64,000 nt of DNA from Phoronis australis (Eukaryota > Animalia > Phoronida). Each line of letters starts with the position of its first letter. Position 1 is the stretch's first letter. The notes below the pieces were generated by a model, which saw only the letters and a list, made by a program, of their open reading frames with translations, was not told the origin of the DNA and did no database searches. Position numbers and translations under genes: made by a program. Where the stretch lies: contig NMRA01000433.1 in assembly GCA_002633005.1 (NCBI GenBank), positions 1 through 64,000 of the forward strand, read 5' to 3'. Of the stretch, positions 39,900 to 54,489 are shown in pieces.

Positions 39900-41300
39900 A
39901 AGTCCGCCCGACACATGGGCCACTAAACAAGATGAAAGGTTTTTGTTCGCATGTTTGCGTCAGGGCATAAAAAAACAGAAACATCGTGCATGAGGTTGGA
40001 GGGACCAAAACAGGGCCTGGTCAAACTATGCGACAAAGTTAAGAAACACTTCTTAGTGACATCACGCTCAAGAATGAACTAACGTACATGTTTAGTGGGA
40101 AAATCGTGTTTGTTTCTCACGTTGGCGACTGCTACAAGCTCTTACCCGTCGATAACCACTAGATAATGGTGACAAAACCTGCCCATCAACGTGACCACGA
40201 GCAGGCAAACACGTTGACTACGTTCCACATCGCAAACATGCATGTACAGTAGCTATCGGGCATGTGATAGTGAGGGCTTCAATTACAGATGTTTTAGTAC
40301 CCTTGATTGGTACATTTGCAAAGCAGCGGCTAGAAGTACGATCCACGATCAACGTGTCATGGGCTCTGTGATGGGAAATAGCCGGAACCTATCATTTCCA
40401 ACATAGCAAGTGTACTTGAAGAGTGCAATTGCGGACTTGCCAGAGCAATACCGTGCCTTCATCGGTTCTCATTACACATCTGCCTTCATTAGCTATGTTT
40501 TCGAAATTTTGGTAATTGACGAGACTTGATTCAATGCAAATTGCTGTGATTACGTTTGCCATGTAAATGAAGTCTAAGCAACGTTTAATGGTTGCCTCTT
40601 TTGAGTTAAAACGATTGCTATCGTGAATTAGTCTTATACGTCATTTATTATTTTTGGAAAAGGCAAAGTCAAGCTCTTGAACGTTACTGAACATGATGAA
40701 AAGTTCATCCATAGGTTCACTACTTTTGTAGACGTGCATGGCAATATCGGTGTCGGTATAGTTGATGAATTCGTGTGTCAGAAGAACACAAAAAGCAAGC
40801 TCAAAGGTGTTACGAGGTCCGAATCGTCAATGGACACGACTGGCAAAGTTGCTGGGATCTGTAGTGACATCCCGTAAACAATATAGCTATTCAATCTGAT
40901 ATTGTATAACTACCGTCAAAGTCACCTAGTGTAAGTGTATGCTTGTATTTTTCAATTTTCTTTCAGAAAAATCCGCAAATGTAAAACGAATTGACTGAGC
41001 GTTGCTCCCACCTTGCCTTCGTAGCCTGCAGATGAAGATTCCTCAACTCAGTACGTCACAGCACTATGTACCCGTGCTGCGACAGCATATCCTGGGGGGA
41101 CTGACACCAACTGATTATGGTTGTCATGCAACTGAAGCTCACACGCTACTGCTAACTTGGTTTGAGGGATCTATTATCCCTGACATATTGCTCAGATCGA
41201 ACGCAGAAGTTCACAACAGTGACTTTGGGAATAAAGCAACTATCATTGGAGCTGTCAGATTCCGAAGATGAATTAAGGAGTGAAGCCTCCGACTCGGATT
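39900..41300 (+). mobile_element. Degenerate Academ-like transposon gene (XPG/PIN-like region)
   Basis: Ordered motifs DHEQANT..FHIA (~40194), VIVRASITDVLV.LIG (~40264), GKGKVK (~40656), LPPCLRSLQ..DYG..L.WFEG.I.P (41002-41185), matching the HEEAD/SDTDV/GKGK/LPPC pattern. Many stops. Confidence 0.7.
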
Positions 41301-41683
41301 GTTCTAAGCCCCCCTCGACCCCCACTACACCCCTTAACCCTCTCGACCCACGACCCCCTCGCCCCACAACTCTCTCGACCCACGACCAGTGGCAATAGAG
41401 TTTTTTGCCCTTTTTACACAAGTCTGGTGATTAAAAACAGAATTTGACGTGAGATCACGATATAGACTAGTGCATTAAGAGCTCACTATCGTTGTCACGG
41501 AAATAGTTCCACGAATGGCTACCAACGGCTCAGTTCTACTAAACTTAAGAGAGATTTCGTCAATGTGAATGTACACAATTTTGCATTTTTACTAGTTACT
41601 TTCTGTTGTTTACTCGTTTACAGTATACTCCACATAACGTTGAAATACGTTTAGTGAACAGCTGGTTTTTTCAAACTGTATAA

Positions 41684-44389
41684 AACAGCTTCTTATTTAA
41701 TGTGAACTTTTCTTATCTAGTAAAAATTTGCTTTTCAAGGACAAAAATGGAGACACCCACATAAATATATGTGTTTGTACGTAAAATATGATTATAGGTG
41801 GGTACACCTGTCAGTAAATGTTGATTAGCGAAGTCTCTCTTTGTAACTGGGTACACCAAATTCGGGATGGGTCTATCTAATAACTGGACCCGCCGTGACG
41901 GGTCCAGTTATATTTATATAGCATGACCCGCAGTGATGGCAGTTTGATTTGAGCAGCGTTATGGTGTAACTGAAAAGTGGTGTATTATCTTTTTGGGTCT
42001 TTGCAATGAGTAAATAGGACAATAAGTCATGCTCTGTTTGAAATTGCTTGTTTTTATGTTAGTACGTGCGTGAAATAAAAAGAAGCTGATAGTATGGCAT
42101 GTAAGGTAGTTCTTTCACTCTTAGCTAAACTTGACTATAGAGTTCAGTGTACCTCAAACAAAAACCTGCACATGTACTTATTTTGAATACTGTGACAGTG
42201 AACCTAGTAAGTTAAGCAAAATTGAAACATTTTTGCACTAGGTTGTACTGCACTAAAGAAATTGATTCAAAAAGTTGAAGTCTCAGTAAACTTTCCTGGG
42301 AATATTGTCATGGCATGGACATTTCAGCATTGAGAACTGCATGGAGGTCTCTGCCATATAGCCTTTAGTGTGGGGAGTGACGATTTACAACAAAACATGT
42401 TTTGCAAGGTTTTTGTACAGACTTCATGGGGTATAAATAGAGTGCTAATAAAGTGGCNGGTATAAATAGAGTGCTAATGAAGTGGCGAGGATATCTCTTT
42501 TTCTAAAGTGAACATGCTTTAATTCTGAGATTTAGACTTTCCCCTCACAATAAGTTGGGGCAGTACTCAAATCCTAACTGGTTTTTCATGTGCATAAACA
42601 TGGTGTCAGGGTCTTAAAATCTAGTCTAACTGGAAACGTTATGGAGACTGCTAAATGGCACCTTGAACATTGTCCTTTTAAAGCTTGACTGTTGAGTTCC
42701 CCGTTACTGCTTCTCAGTTGGTTTAGTATACATATTTTTTGGATAGTGATCAGCCTGTTGGCTTGTATTGCTAGCCACGTCTGACATGGGGCTGCACATG
42801 TAGTTGGGGCACTTATCTGCTGTGTGATCACTACAGATTTTCAAGTTTATTTTTTAAGGCTAACTTGCAATAGTACGACTAAAAATTTATTTTGCGAGCT
42901 TTGTTGGAATAGGTGCCAAAACCACATAATAGCCTGACACAATGGTAGCACAGCCCAGAAATTATTTTGTTTAGGGTATCTCTAGTTCCACTGTGATAGT
43001 ATCTACCACTATAAAATTTTATGCATCCAGTTATATTTCACCATTCAGATATTTCTTAACGATGTCATGTTTGCTAAAGTTGAGTGACTGTGCTCTTACT
43101 AGATGGACTTCAGTCTGTAAAGAGAAGTTGACACTCACAACAGCCAGAGTACCAATGCAAATAAAATGAGTACAATTTGATCTGTCATGGTGAGAATTAT
43201 GTACATATCATGGGCATGTCTGTATGAACACTGCTCATATTGGTTCTATCTATATAACTCAATGAACAAATACAACTCGATAAAGAATGCATTGACGCCT
43301 TTCAATTTTCTGATGATTATGACGAATTAAGCGCCACCTAGTGGCCATTTTTATTGTGATATCCTTTTGTGTTTTCACCGAGAAGAACATGACAAACAGT
43401 GATTTTTGGACATGTCAGTCTAGTGTGGCGCATCCTAGTGGCAGTTTTCCTTTTTCCTCTATGACCGTCTCCAGTAGCAATTTAATTTTTCACATTTTTC
43501 TCTATGAGATGATGAGTTTTTATTGTGTTTAGCAAATGCAATAATACCTTCATATTTCCGGATAGATTTGATGTATTGCATACCCCTTAGTGGCCATTTT
43601 TATTACTTTCAAATGTTTCTTTATGACACCATGTTTGCTAAAGTTGAATGATTGTGGTTTTACTAGATGGACTTCAATCTGTAAAGAGATGTTGTGACAC
43701 TCACCATAGCCAGAGTACCAATACAAATAAAATGAGTACCAGTGGACCTGCCATGGTGGGAATTATGTACATATCATCGGCATGTATGTATGAACACTGC
43801 TCACAATAGTCTATCTACATAACTCTAAACAATGCTTGAGTCGCCCCTACTGGTGGTTACACCTCTTTGAAAAGTTAAAACTGCCGAGGTGGGTCTATCT
43901 GGACCTGCTTGGATGGGTCCACCTGTTGCAGTGGTGTAGATCTGTCATGATGGGTCCAGTTATATATATAAATATGGATTGACCCACCTTGATGGGTCAT
44001 GCTATATAAATATAACAGGACCCGTCACGGCGGGTCCAGTTACATTAATATAGACAGATCCATCACTGCGGGTCACGCTATAAAAATATAACTCGACCCG
44101 TCACAGCGGGTCCAGTTATATTTTTATAGACAGACCCATCACTGCGGGTCATGCTACATAAATATAACTGGACCCGTCACGGCGGGTCCAGTTATTAGAT
44201 AGACCCATCCCGAATTTGGTGTACCCAGTTACAAAGAGTCTTCGCTAATCAACATTTACTGACAGGTGTACCCACCTATAATCATATTTTACGTAGAAAC
44301 ACATATATTTATGTGGGTGTCTCCATTTTTGTCCTTGAAAAGCAAATTTTTACTAGATAAGAAAAGTTCAAATTAAATAAGAAGCTGTT
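41684..44389. mobile_element. 2.7 kb non-autonomous element with ~255 bp terminal inverted repeats
   Basis: 41684-41939 is the near-exact reverse complement of 44136-44389. Subterminal palindromes GGACCCGTCACGGCGGGTCC are repeated at 43890-44195. Internal ~190 bp direct repeat at 43066 and 43630. Confidence 0.85.
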
Positions 44390-45859
44390 ATGAATACAAT
44401 TTTCTCTGTTCCACGCGCTCTGCGCAACAAAGGTTGAATCTGCCATTGACTGAAGAGCAGACGAAACGATTACACTCTGGTGAGGACAACATTTATAACT
44501 TTGGTAGGTATTTGATTTGATTTGGTCGCGTTTTCTTTTTTGTTTTTTGTCTCTGGCTTTCAAACTTGCCGAATCGACTCATTTAGTTGCAAAAAAGAGG
44601 GAAAATGCAGGTGAGATCGCGGCCCAAAACAGTTTTCCTGCAAACCAGCGCTTGTTCAATCTAGAGACTGAGTCGAGTTTGTGTAGACTGGGAAAAGGGG
44701 ATTGAAGGTCGTTGGTCGAAGGTTCGTGTGTCGTGGGTCGTGGATCGAGAGGGTCCAAGGTTGAGGGTGTCGTAGTTCGAGGGGGTCGTGGGGTGTGGGG
44801 GTCGAAGAAGTTTTAGAACAATCAAGAGAACAAACAAGAGAAATATTTACGACACTTTGGTCTTTACTAAAACATTCCCAGTGAATAAGTTGCCTTAATG
44901 GAACGAGATAAATATTGGTTATAGCGATGAGTCTCATTTTTATGTTTGTTTTGGTGTTTTCCAAAAAAGCTGAGAACACCTCTGCGGCGCTGACATTGGG
45001 TTCACATGATCGTGTTAGATTACGTGGAAACTATCAAAGCTTTAACGCCGACAAAACCCTCTGTTCATGTTGCGAACGTGTTATTCGCAATTCGTGGGAA
45101 TAGAGAGTCCTTATAATTTTCAGATATTTTTAGATTGACAACCAATTCATTTGCATGACACAGATATGCCGGCAACAAAACTGTTCGCTTATTGTCTTCA
45201 TAATGCATGTCAGACGATGGTCTGTGTGGGTTTGTTTAAAAGGTAGCTATGCTTTGAAGTTGTGCGTAGATGGAGAGTGAATGATCAAATCCAGTAATTG
45301 ATTTATTATATGATAACCCCTAATTAGACAAATGAAACCTATTGTTAATTAAGTAATCAACTACAAAGAGAAACTACGCTAGCGCCCTCTTTAAAGATTA
45401 CTTTAATCAAACAACCAAACGATCAAGTGTCTTATCTGCTATNNNNNNNNNNNNNNNNNNNNNNNNNNNNNNNNNNNNNNNNNNNNNNNNNNNNNNNNNN
45501 NNNNNNNNNNNNNNNNNNNNNNNNNNNNNNNNNNNNNNNNNNNNNNNNNNNNNNNNNNNNNNNNNNNNNNNNNNAGTACTTTGACCCCAGAACCCAAAGT
45601 TGTAAACACCATCTAAAAATAGATTTTGACGTTAAAATACATGTCAACAAGTCTGACCCCATGATTTAAAAGTACATATGCACAAATTTTGGGCAACTTA
45701 AAATGGATCTATTCTTACTAATTACTTAATCAATATTTATTCTGACAATGCAAATAAAAGAAAAATTCTAGTTTATATTTCACCTTTTTTATCTTTTATT
45801 ACTAGGAGATTTGCATTGAGTAAAGAAAGAGGGGCGTCCGATAAAATGTCGCCCATGCA

Positions 45860-46420
45860 TCGACCAAACATCTGTCTGCTACTTCCCCACTTTTGTTGCA
45901 TGTGGAGTGTTTCTGTAGATTATGCAAATGGTTTCAAGCGTTGGTGGGGAAATCTATCTCAAAAAATACATGGAATTATGTAGACTATTTTGCAACTGGT
46001 TTCATGTAATTACATTGTACCTCTTGGTTTGATTTAGCTCAATTTTAAACCTTTTGTTATCGTCTGGTAGAGACATCCACCGCTGAAATTGTCTGGCATC
46101 TTAGTGACGTGTGATGTGCAGAGATGGTGAACATCGTGCAATAGGTTTCAAATGGTTAGCTGGTGGTTTGATTTAGCTCAGTTATTTGAACGTGTCTAGT
46201 GGGGCTAATCCACCACTACATTTGTCTGCCAGTGTTTATTCGCGATACCTGGGCTGACGGTGATTATTTTGCAACTTGTGGATCAAGCTAATTTTTAACC
46301 TGTTTATATAACCGCCTGTCTGATACTTCCCACCACTAAAGTCGTCTGGCAGTAGTAGGTATAGAAAGCAGTTTTGAGTGGCTACCAGAAAGGTTGATCT
46401 ACCTCAATTTTTAGTGTCAT
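45860..46420. repeat. Degenerate minisatellite (~130-140 bp period)
   Basis: Recurring ggtttgatttagctca...ccacc(a/g)ct...gtctg(g/c)c. One inverted copy lies at about 39665-39730. Confidence 0.6.
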
Positions 46421-47004
46421 TCACTTGGCTCCCCTGAGCACACCTGGCACAGCAAAGCTGCCAGAGTGCGATATCCAAGCATGAGGATACGCATCGAGCA
46501 CTGTGGCACCAAAGAAAAGTTTTTACCTTTTCATGTCCAAAAAGCTCTCGGATCCCGGTCTAAAATTGTGGTTCGTCTCCATTTGAATGAATGTGGATAT
46601 GGATTTTGCCGCCGAAGATGGGTCTGTTTAAGAAGTTATTTGGTTTTCTTTCCGATTTGGAGTACGTACAGCCGTGCATGATACCGCTGCTTTGGAAGTC
46701 ATGCTGAAAGGTGCTGGATTGTTCGAGGTGAAAGTTATAATGCTGGAAATTATGCAGTGCTGAGACTGACTGAGGCCCGCAGAATGCCGATCGATTAAAA
46801 GTTCACTAATTGGTTGTTCGTAGTATTAAGTTGATAAAAAGTCATCATGAAATTCAATAACTACTAGAAAATCAACGTCGTTAAAGGGGTGTGTAAGATA
46901 TAAGCAAACGCAGTGTCAGCTTAACAATATGTGTTTGTCGTCGTCGCCGCCATAAACTGCTTTAGTTGAGGAATTTCTATTTTCAAAATATTCACTTTAC
47001 TTAC

Positions 47005-50000
47005 TTGAAAAAGTCTAACCCGCGTGTGCAATTGACTTCGTCTTCACCACTACGACAATCCATGGCACCGTCACAACGATTAGTTATTGAGTAACACGAT
47101 CCGTCGTTGCACTGTCCTTGGGTTGAACTACAAACGTCAAAACTTTCCACAGCTGGATACTCGCAAAGTGCATTGAGAGGCATCCTTTTGACATCAATAT
47201 TTGCCGTAACATTACAGTCAGTCTTCCACACTTCCCACTCTGTGACGTCATCTGTTATAACATCCCAAGGACGAGCCGTCGGTCTCAACAACTGGCAGTC
47301 TTTCGACGCATCTTTGCTCAGCCATATTGAGCCGAATATGTCGTGATGATTCCAAAGATGTATAATGTTTTTTAATGTGTTAATGTCAGAGAGATTTGTC
47401 AGGTATCCACTGTTTTCGTAACACATTGACAGGGCGTCTTCGTATGAAACTGCGACGTCAATAGGCTTTGTGCTTGTTACCATTTGAATGCATCGTGACA
47501 TTATGAAGTTCCAACCTTTAGGGCACATTGCTGGTGTTTTCAATCCATGTAGCTCTTCAACCAATGTTGTCGTTTGGTTGACAGGGTACATCCGGCAGAT
47601 AGCGGAGCCATATTTGAGAGGAAAGTTACACGGCACCATGAACCAACTCTGCCCATAGTAAGGGTTGCGAATGAGCATGAGTCCACATCTGTTCCCAGGA
47701 TTTTGATTCGGCTGTCGCAACTTTGCACCCATAATAGGTTTCATTTGATTCAAGCGAAGGTTAATAAATTCATCATCGAATGGTGATACAATATTACCGG
47801 CAGTATACCAACTAGAGAACGTTAATGGCTTCCCATTCGACCATCGAATGTTTTTACCATCAGCTACGAGACCAATAAAAACTGCAACGTACGGAACATA
47901 AGAATAAACATAACGCTTCCAGTCAGTTTTGAATAAGCTCATCACTTGCTGCATTTCTTTTTCATTTTGAATGTTCAAAAGATCACTACCGTCTGAAAGA
48001 CACTTTTTTCTTGCAGACATCCACGAATTAGTGTCTAGATAAACTTTGTAACAGCTTCCCTGGATGAAGATGTAGTCTCTTCTTCCACAGTAAATGGTGT
48101 TGTTAACTCGTTCAGGTATGTCCGTAGGGCGAAAGAAGTATTCCATAGTAATGGTAGCATCCAATGGTACAGGGTTAACGGTGATGACCACAAAATCGGC
48201 TGACACCGTGTATACTCGTAAACGCTTGGGGCCTTGTGAGGAGCAAAGGTGTTTGTATGCGTAAGTTGACGAATGTTTGGGGTGGCCAGTATGAAAAATC
48301 GGAAAGGGGTTCAATGGTTCTGTCTTCACCAGATCATTAATGAGAATGTTTTGGCAACTCCACGAATGGAATATTAATTCATAATAAGACGGAAACACAT
48401 TTTCTTTCGAAGTACTGTAAAACTTCTTGTGTTTAGAATAAAAGGTTGTGATCATCCACGTTATTATGTTATTTGCAACTTGCACAAATCCGCATGCTTC
48501 CTCAAGTTTAGCCGAGCCGCGTAACACCATATACGGCGGATACAGCGAACATGTCGTATTCCATTCAATGCTGAAAAATGTGAAGTTAAATCGTATGGCA
48601 AGCGTGGTATCTGTCGTGTCGAATTTTGTCATGAATGTGAGAGCACGTTGGACTGACGCATTGGTAAATAATCTTTTGCTAAGCGACGGCTCACATTGAG
48701 GAATACTGTTTCCAATTCGAAAAAACGATGCGTAGGTAGAATTACACCCCATTCCGTAAGAAAACAGCGTACTTGCTGTGTAGGTGTACCCTAAGTCTGA
48801 ACCACCCAGAAATTCTACATACTGGTATTCTTCAGTATTTTGTGACGGAATTCGCTGAATAACAATGCAACTAGCAACAGGTAGAACGTAATAACTGTAA
48901 GTACCAATTAGAGATAAACCCTTGCAATCAAATTCTTGTACTATGGCGTCAACAACGTGACTTCCAAGTTTTACGACTATGCCTCGTACGGCATAATACG
49001 TTAAAGTAAGATAACGTGACGACGTTATGAAGTACTTGATGATACGTCCGCCGCTTTGTTCATTTCTGGAGCCTGAAAACCTTCCACAGTAAGGACCAAA
49101 AGACTGTGACGTTTCCACGTCTTTGCCATCGAAAATAACTAGTCCTTCGTAAGAACACTCGTCTACAGAGTTCAGGTTCAATTTTGAAAACACAATTTGA
49201 AGGTAGCTCGTAGCACGTGCCGCCATAAATTTCCAAACACATTGCCCCTGGAAGTCTGCAAAGTCTTTCACGATGGAAAAATATAAAAGTGGGTCTACAT
49301 AGGACACTATTTGGTGGATACTTTTACGGTAAAGATGACGACACACCGTTGCTAAGGTCGTGACAATCTCGAAGTCGACCCTCAGTCTAACATAAGCAAG
49401 TCTGAAAGGGTCAGGAACTACAATCTTTACCATGTTATGCGTTAGATTCGACCGAATAAAGTACTTGTTCAAGACGTCGTTCAACTGAGCGCTAAACAAT
49501 GACATGTTTGAAAATGGATGAAAGCCACTAAAAACCTCAATAGTACCGTTCAATTGTTGGTTAGCAACTTCAATGAAAAACAAACTTGATCGAGCACTGG
49601 ATGAAACAATGTGCCACAGGTAAATGAAATCTGTATTCCTTTCGAAACGTTTAATGAAGGACGGCTGATGACTGTCCGTAAAGAGTACCGTCGTCGATAA
49701 ATTCACCGCTATCTTGTATTCTCCGACCTCAGACACATTAGTATCTCTGAGAACCTCTTCATATGTCGCCCTCAACCGTCGGTTTTCAGCAGTGAGAAGA
49801 ACCTCAATGTATACCCGTGAGGTTTCTAAAATAACAGTGAAGGGATACCTTGGCGCGCGATAACGTTTAAGAACTGTTTTTTGACTATTTGTTCCATTAT
49901 ATATCACCATTGTGGCCCTAGTAGAGCCCGTAAGTGGTGTAAACCAGATACCTTCACCCACTGTAAACTTTATATAGCTTTCATTCTCAAAGCTGATGTT

Positions 50001-50483
50001 AAAACCGCATAGCGATTCACGAAAACTCTCAACAAATGACGACTGAAATAGAACGTCGTAAGTTCCATTAGAACGTATTGAAGAAACACGACATGGGCTC
50101 AGTTTTCTTCGGGTGTATTTCAGAAGAAACTTTACCGGCGATGCGACTCCGTTTAGATGAAGGGAAATGGTGAAATCACCTGTTATACCAGTTGAAAGAA
50201 TTGTCGGCTTTTCAGCGCACTGACGTGGTTGAATTACTTCATGAACCTTCTCGCCTTCAATGCGGAGTAGCACGAGGTGACATTCGGTAATGTTGTCTAT
50301 CTCAAATTCATAGATGGTAAGAAAAGTCTCTTGCGAATGTTCTGATGTAACTGTCCAAAGTTTGACTTCGTTTTTCGGTGAGGATGAATTGCCTCCATAA
50401 CCACCAGTTATTGTTACACTCTCATGAGCACTTGTATGTAAATCGTGCACAAGCAAAACCAACATTTGCCAGAGAATGCACAT
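47005..50483 (-). CDS. GRL101-like receptor, coding exon 1: signal peptide, CUB-like domains, two C-type lectin domains, first LDLa
   Basis: 3.5 kb uninterrupted ORF. CUB (CVWKF..LQIVF..CSYEGLVIFDG..FGPYCG), CTLDs (GSCY..SWMSARKKC..FIGL..WSNG..W..VPC; CPKGW..YEDALSMC) and LDLa (CDGAMDCRSGEDE). Donor TTC AA|GTAAGT in phase 2 joins exon 2 to give FFKCSDGKQI. Confidence 0.9.
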
Positions 50484-51787
50484 GTCGTAATGGCAGTTAC
50501 GTTATAATTACTGCGATAAAATCAAAGCTTTACCATAACACTCGGTAACCCAAACACTAAATTAATTTGTATGTAGCATTGACATCAAATCACATAAATG
50601 TTTTTTTCGATGGAAGGTCTTCTGTGAATGAAGAAGTTGGGATATGGAATTACCCACGTGTGTTTGAGTCTGATGTAAATATACTTGTTTTCATTGCTCG
50701 AATGTCCTCTTCACACTTGCACTGCTCTCAAGCCGAAATGTTCGCGGCTCCAAACAATAACGTAGTCCTCAAGGATAACGTGTGATCGGTTATTTATCAA
50801 CTTCAACTTACTTAGAAATTTATGTGATACCATGAGTTTACGTAACGCGTACATTACGTTCCATGCAGTGTAGCACGAATGAAGTCAAACGGATGCACAA
50901 CGCAGCCTCAGCTGCTCGAAATCAAAGGTGGCATTCCAGATCTACAGTACTGTAGGGTGGTTCTTTGGAACCAATGGCCAATATGAAGGAGAAAATCAAA
51001 CATTTGTTAACTTCGAACAGAGACAAAAGCTGAGACAGGAGCACAATTTATATCAGCGTGGTGACAACGAATGGGCGGATCTAAATTTGATAGATCGCAT
51101 TTGAACAAATCATTTCAGTTATTTCAATGTTTAACGTTTTTTATGTTACTACCATATCATGAAAAAGTTAAGTTTGAGCTAAAAACGTGACATCTTGCTA
51201 ATCCAATAAATTATTTATAAGCGAATATGTAACAAAAACATAATTTGGTTTATATACATTTAAAAGGAACCGAAAAGAAATTTTACGTTGCTCAATGTAC
51301 ATCAAATAAATAACCTTTGTCACTTTTGCATCAGATGAAAGGACAAATGTTTAATTTTGGGAAAAAAACGGGCATGCATATTTTCTGGTTTGCATGAGTT
51401 CTTCTTACTTCTACCGGAGTCTTAGAAGAATCGTTGCTTATTATAGTAGCTGAAGATGTAGATGAATTCAATGAACATGAAATATATGAAAGTCGGCAAC
51501 AAAACTTAGACAAGTGAGAAAACGAATCTTTCGCACATATATTTCGATACAATACTAAAAGTACGTCTTACCTAGTGAGACCTGACCCGCACCATGTACT
51601 TCTTGCTTTTTATACGTTACTTTGTAATGTAAGCAATAATATTTTTCAATTTTCCACAATGAGAGGAATAAAAATGCATTACATGTAAATGAACGTATGC
51701 GGTTGGACTTAGATTAAGACCATTTAATGTTATGCGTCCGTAGTAACATTCCCATTTGTTTCATTGTTTTTATGCGTGAAATATTTC

Positions 51788-52130
51788 CCAGGTCATCAGC
51801 AAAATGAACAGAGGTAAATGTACTCCGGAGCACTGGCAAGTACCTACATAGTACTTAGAGAATGATTGTAGCATCACTAGAACATGTTTCATGAGCGAGC
51901 ATCACTGCATTACCCTATCCGCTTAGGAAGAAAGGGTTTTTTTCGTCAACAAAATATCTGTCGTTTTTATTCAGGAAAGAGCATGCCGCATGACACGAAA
52001 CTTTAATGGACGGATTTTATCTAGATGTTTTGTCTTCAACCTGTTGAAACTAAATCTAATGAAGATTTTAACATTTATTGTACAACAACATAAATGATAT
52101 CTTAAGATGATTCATGAAGTAGGACTAGGA
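51788..52130 (-). repeat. Diverged copy of the 2740-3090 repeat
   Basis: Shared gaacagaggtaaat, tgacacgaaa..ttaatggacggattttatc and tttattgtacaaca. Confidence 0.75.
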
Positions 52131-52818
52131 TGGTAAATACAATCTCCGATCTGGATCTTAAACTCAATCCGTTTCATAGTTCACGTTCCACTTTAGCGTG
52201 AACTCAAGTTGCTTGCTTGTAATACTAAGCTCAAGTACAATATGATTTGTATAAACAAGTACATGTACATCGATCCAATTTCTCCCTACCATTAAAACTT
52301 TTGAAAAATAAAATCTTGCATTCAGGGGTTAGCAAGGTCAAACTTGAATTATTCACCCTTGTGAATAAGCCGAAATGAACTCATGCAATATATCAAATGC
52401 GTATCTAGAGCTCTAAGAAACCAACTAAAGCTGAATATATCAAAATGAAATGAAATTTGCCATGGAGTATACGAGTTTGGAAATTCTATTTTGGCCCAAA
52501 CGACTGAAGACACTTACCAATGCAAGAAATGGATATAATAAAAACGACGAGTTTGCTGTTGCATCAAATAATAGGATATCTGCTATTATTTTACTTTTGT
52601 CGAAACGAAATTTCGCGATCGAATCGATTCTTTAAGAACAGTGGCTACTGTTTCAAACTGGATAAGGTTCATTATTTAATGATAGAATAGATTCAACGTT
52701 CATATATTGTGAACAATGAATTCCTTGAACGAGCTAAGTTGGCACATGGACAGACTGTCATGTCGACAACGGTCAAGTCCGCATCGGGGATGGCACTGTA
52801 CACGACTGGGCAAGTCTG

Positions 52819-52902
52819 ATATAACGTGCCCGTATTTTGAGAACCAGTTTATGCCAGTCATTCAGTGGAGAAACTGGTTCTCAAAATTCGGGCACGTTAT
52901 AT
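52819..52902. repeat. ~32 bp-arm inverted repeat (MITE remnant)
   Basis: atataacgtgcccgtattttgagaaccagttt ... aaactggttctcaaaattcgggcacgttatat. Confidence 0.8.
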
Positions 52903-54489
52903 TATACCATTTCCCACGACTGTTCAAAACTATAGAATTGAACCCCAACAATATCAACGACATGATCATTTTATATAAATCATCAAGGGTAGTATAACAG
53001 CTCTTCGTTGACACAAACTTCGTTGAAAACACGACTAAACACTTTTTGTTGGTCCCCACTACACAGTAAAGAGTAATTTTCAGGAATGTTTATCATTCAA
53101 AAATGTTCCCTTTGACCTTAATGGATCAGCGTTGTGTGTACGTGTAAGTGTTCCATCAACGTGTAATACTGCAGATAACGACCATTCACATTAAAATTGA
53201 GAAAGGTGTAACTCGTTTAATAGGTTCCATATAATCAGGGGTAGACACGAATCACTTTTTAGATTTATAATTTTTGGAGAGGAAATTATCTCGAAGAAGC
53301 TCCTGCCATTCCAGCATGACCAAGCCATCCTCCAGTAGTAATTATGTGTAATCACTGCTGATTCGTATGATTACAAAGATTTTAGTTTGGACTGTTAAGC
53401 ATGAGCTCTGGGAAAGATCAGTGCTTAGACACATGTTAGACCAGTGCTGCAGCATGCATGTCATAGTTCTATGCTTATGCATGTAGTCTGATTAGGCGAG
53501 ATCTGGTGAGAATTCTGTTGCATCCCGTATACAACATAGATCACCACGCAGCTCGATGCTGTGCCTAAAACTTATAAAACAAAATGATTTCGACACTTTT
53601 GTTGAGAATAGTTTTTTTTCACTTTATTACTGGAGTGAAGTGAACGGTAAATCATCTCAACCCGCGGGTAAACATAATGAGGACGTTTAGTAGAAAGACG
53701 CATTCCTTGATAAAACAGAAAATCACCGCCACAAAGCGCACATGACACATAATGCTCCGGAGAAGAGCAAAACTAATACGTTATTTGTTTATTGTGTTTG
53801 TGTGTGCGTGTGTGTGTGTGTGCGTGTGTGCGTGCGTGTGTGTGTGGTTGAGTTAAGTGGTGCTCTAATCAGCGCTGATTAATTGCGAAATGAGATTCAC
53901 ATGTCGCAGCTGCGATATGCTCAAAATCAAACAATTACTTAATTTGTCAACGATGACAAACGATGTCTGCTCTGAAATGCGTAGAAGCGCGTCCCCTGGT
54001 GGTAGATGTGGGAATCCCGAAAAGATGGGGGTTGCACCGAATAATCTGTGTGCCTTCCTTCACAGCAAGGTGCAGCATACAGTAAGCACTGGCCTATAGT
54101 CTAATGCAAGGGAACTGAGTTTGAACTACCGGCGTTGAACTGAAATGTGGCTACATTTACATTATTTTTGAAGATATACACTCGATCTNTGTGTGTGTGT
54201 GTGTGTGTGTGCGTGTGTGCGTGCGTGTGTGTGTGGTTGAGTTAAGTGGTGCTCTAATCAGCGCTGATTAATTGCGAAATGAGATTCACATGTCGCAGCT
54301 GCGATATGCTCAAAAACAAACAATTACTTAATTTGTCAACGATGACAAACGATGTCTGCTCTGAAATGCGTAGAAGCGCGTCCCCTGGTGGTAGATGTGG
54401 GAATCCCGAAAAGATGGGGGTTGCATCGAATAATCTGTGTGCCTTCCTTCACAGCAAGGTGCAGCATACAGTAAGCACTGGCCTATAGT

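Noticed and set aside
42430-42486. Short direct repeat ggtataaatagagtgctaat
   Set aside because: Flanks an n; contig-overlap artefact.
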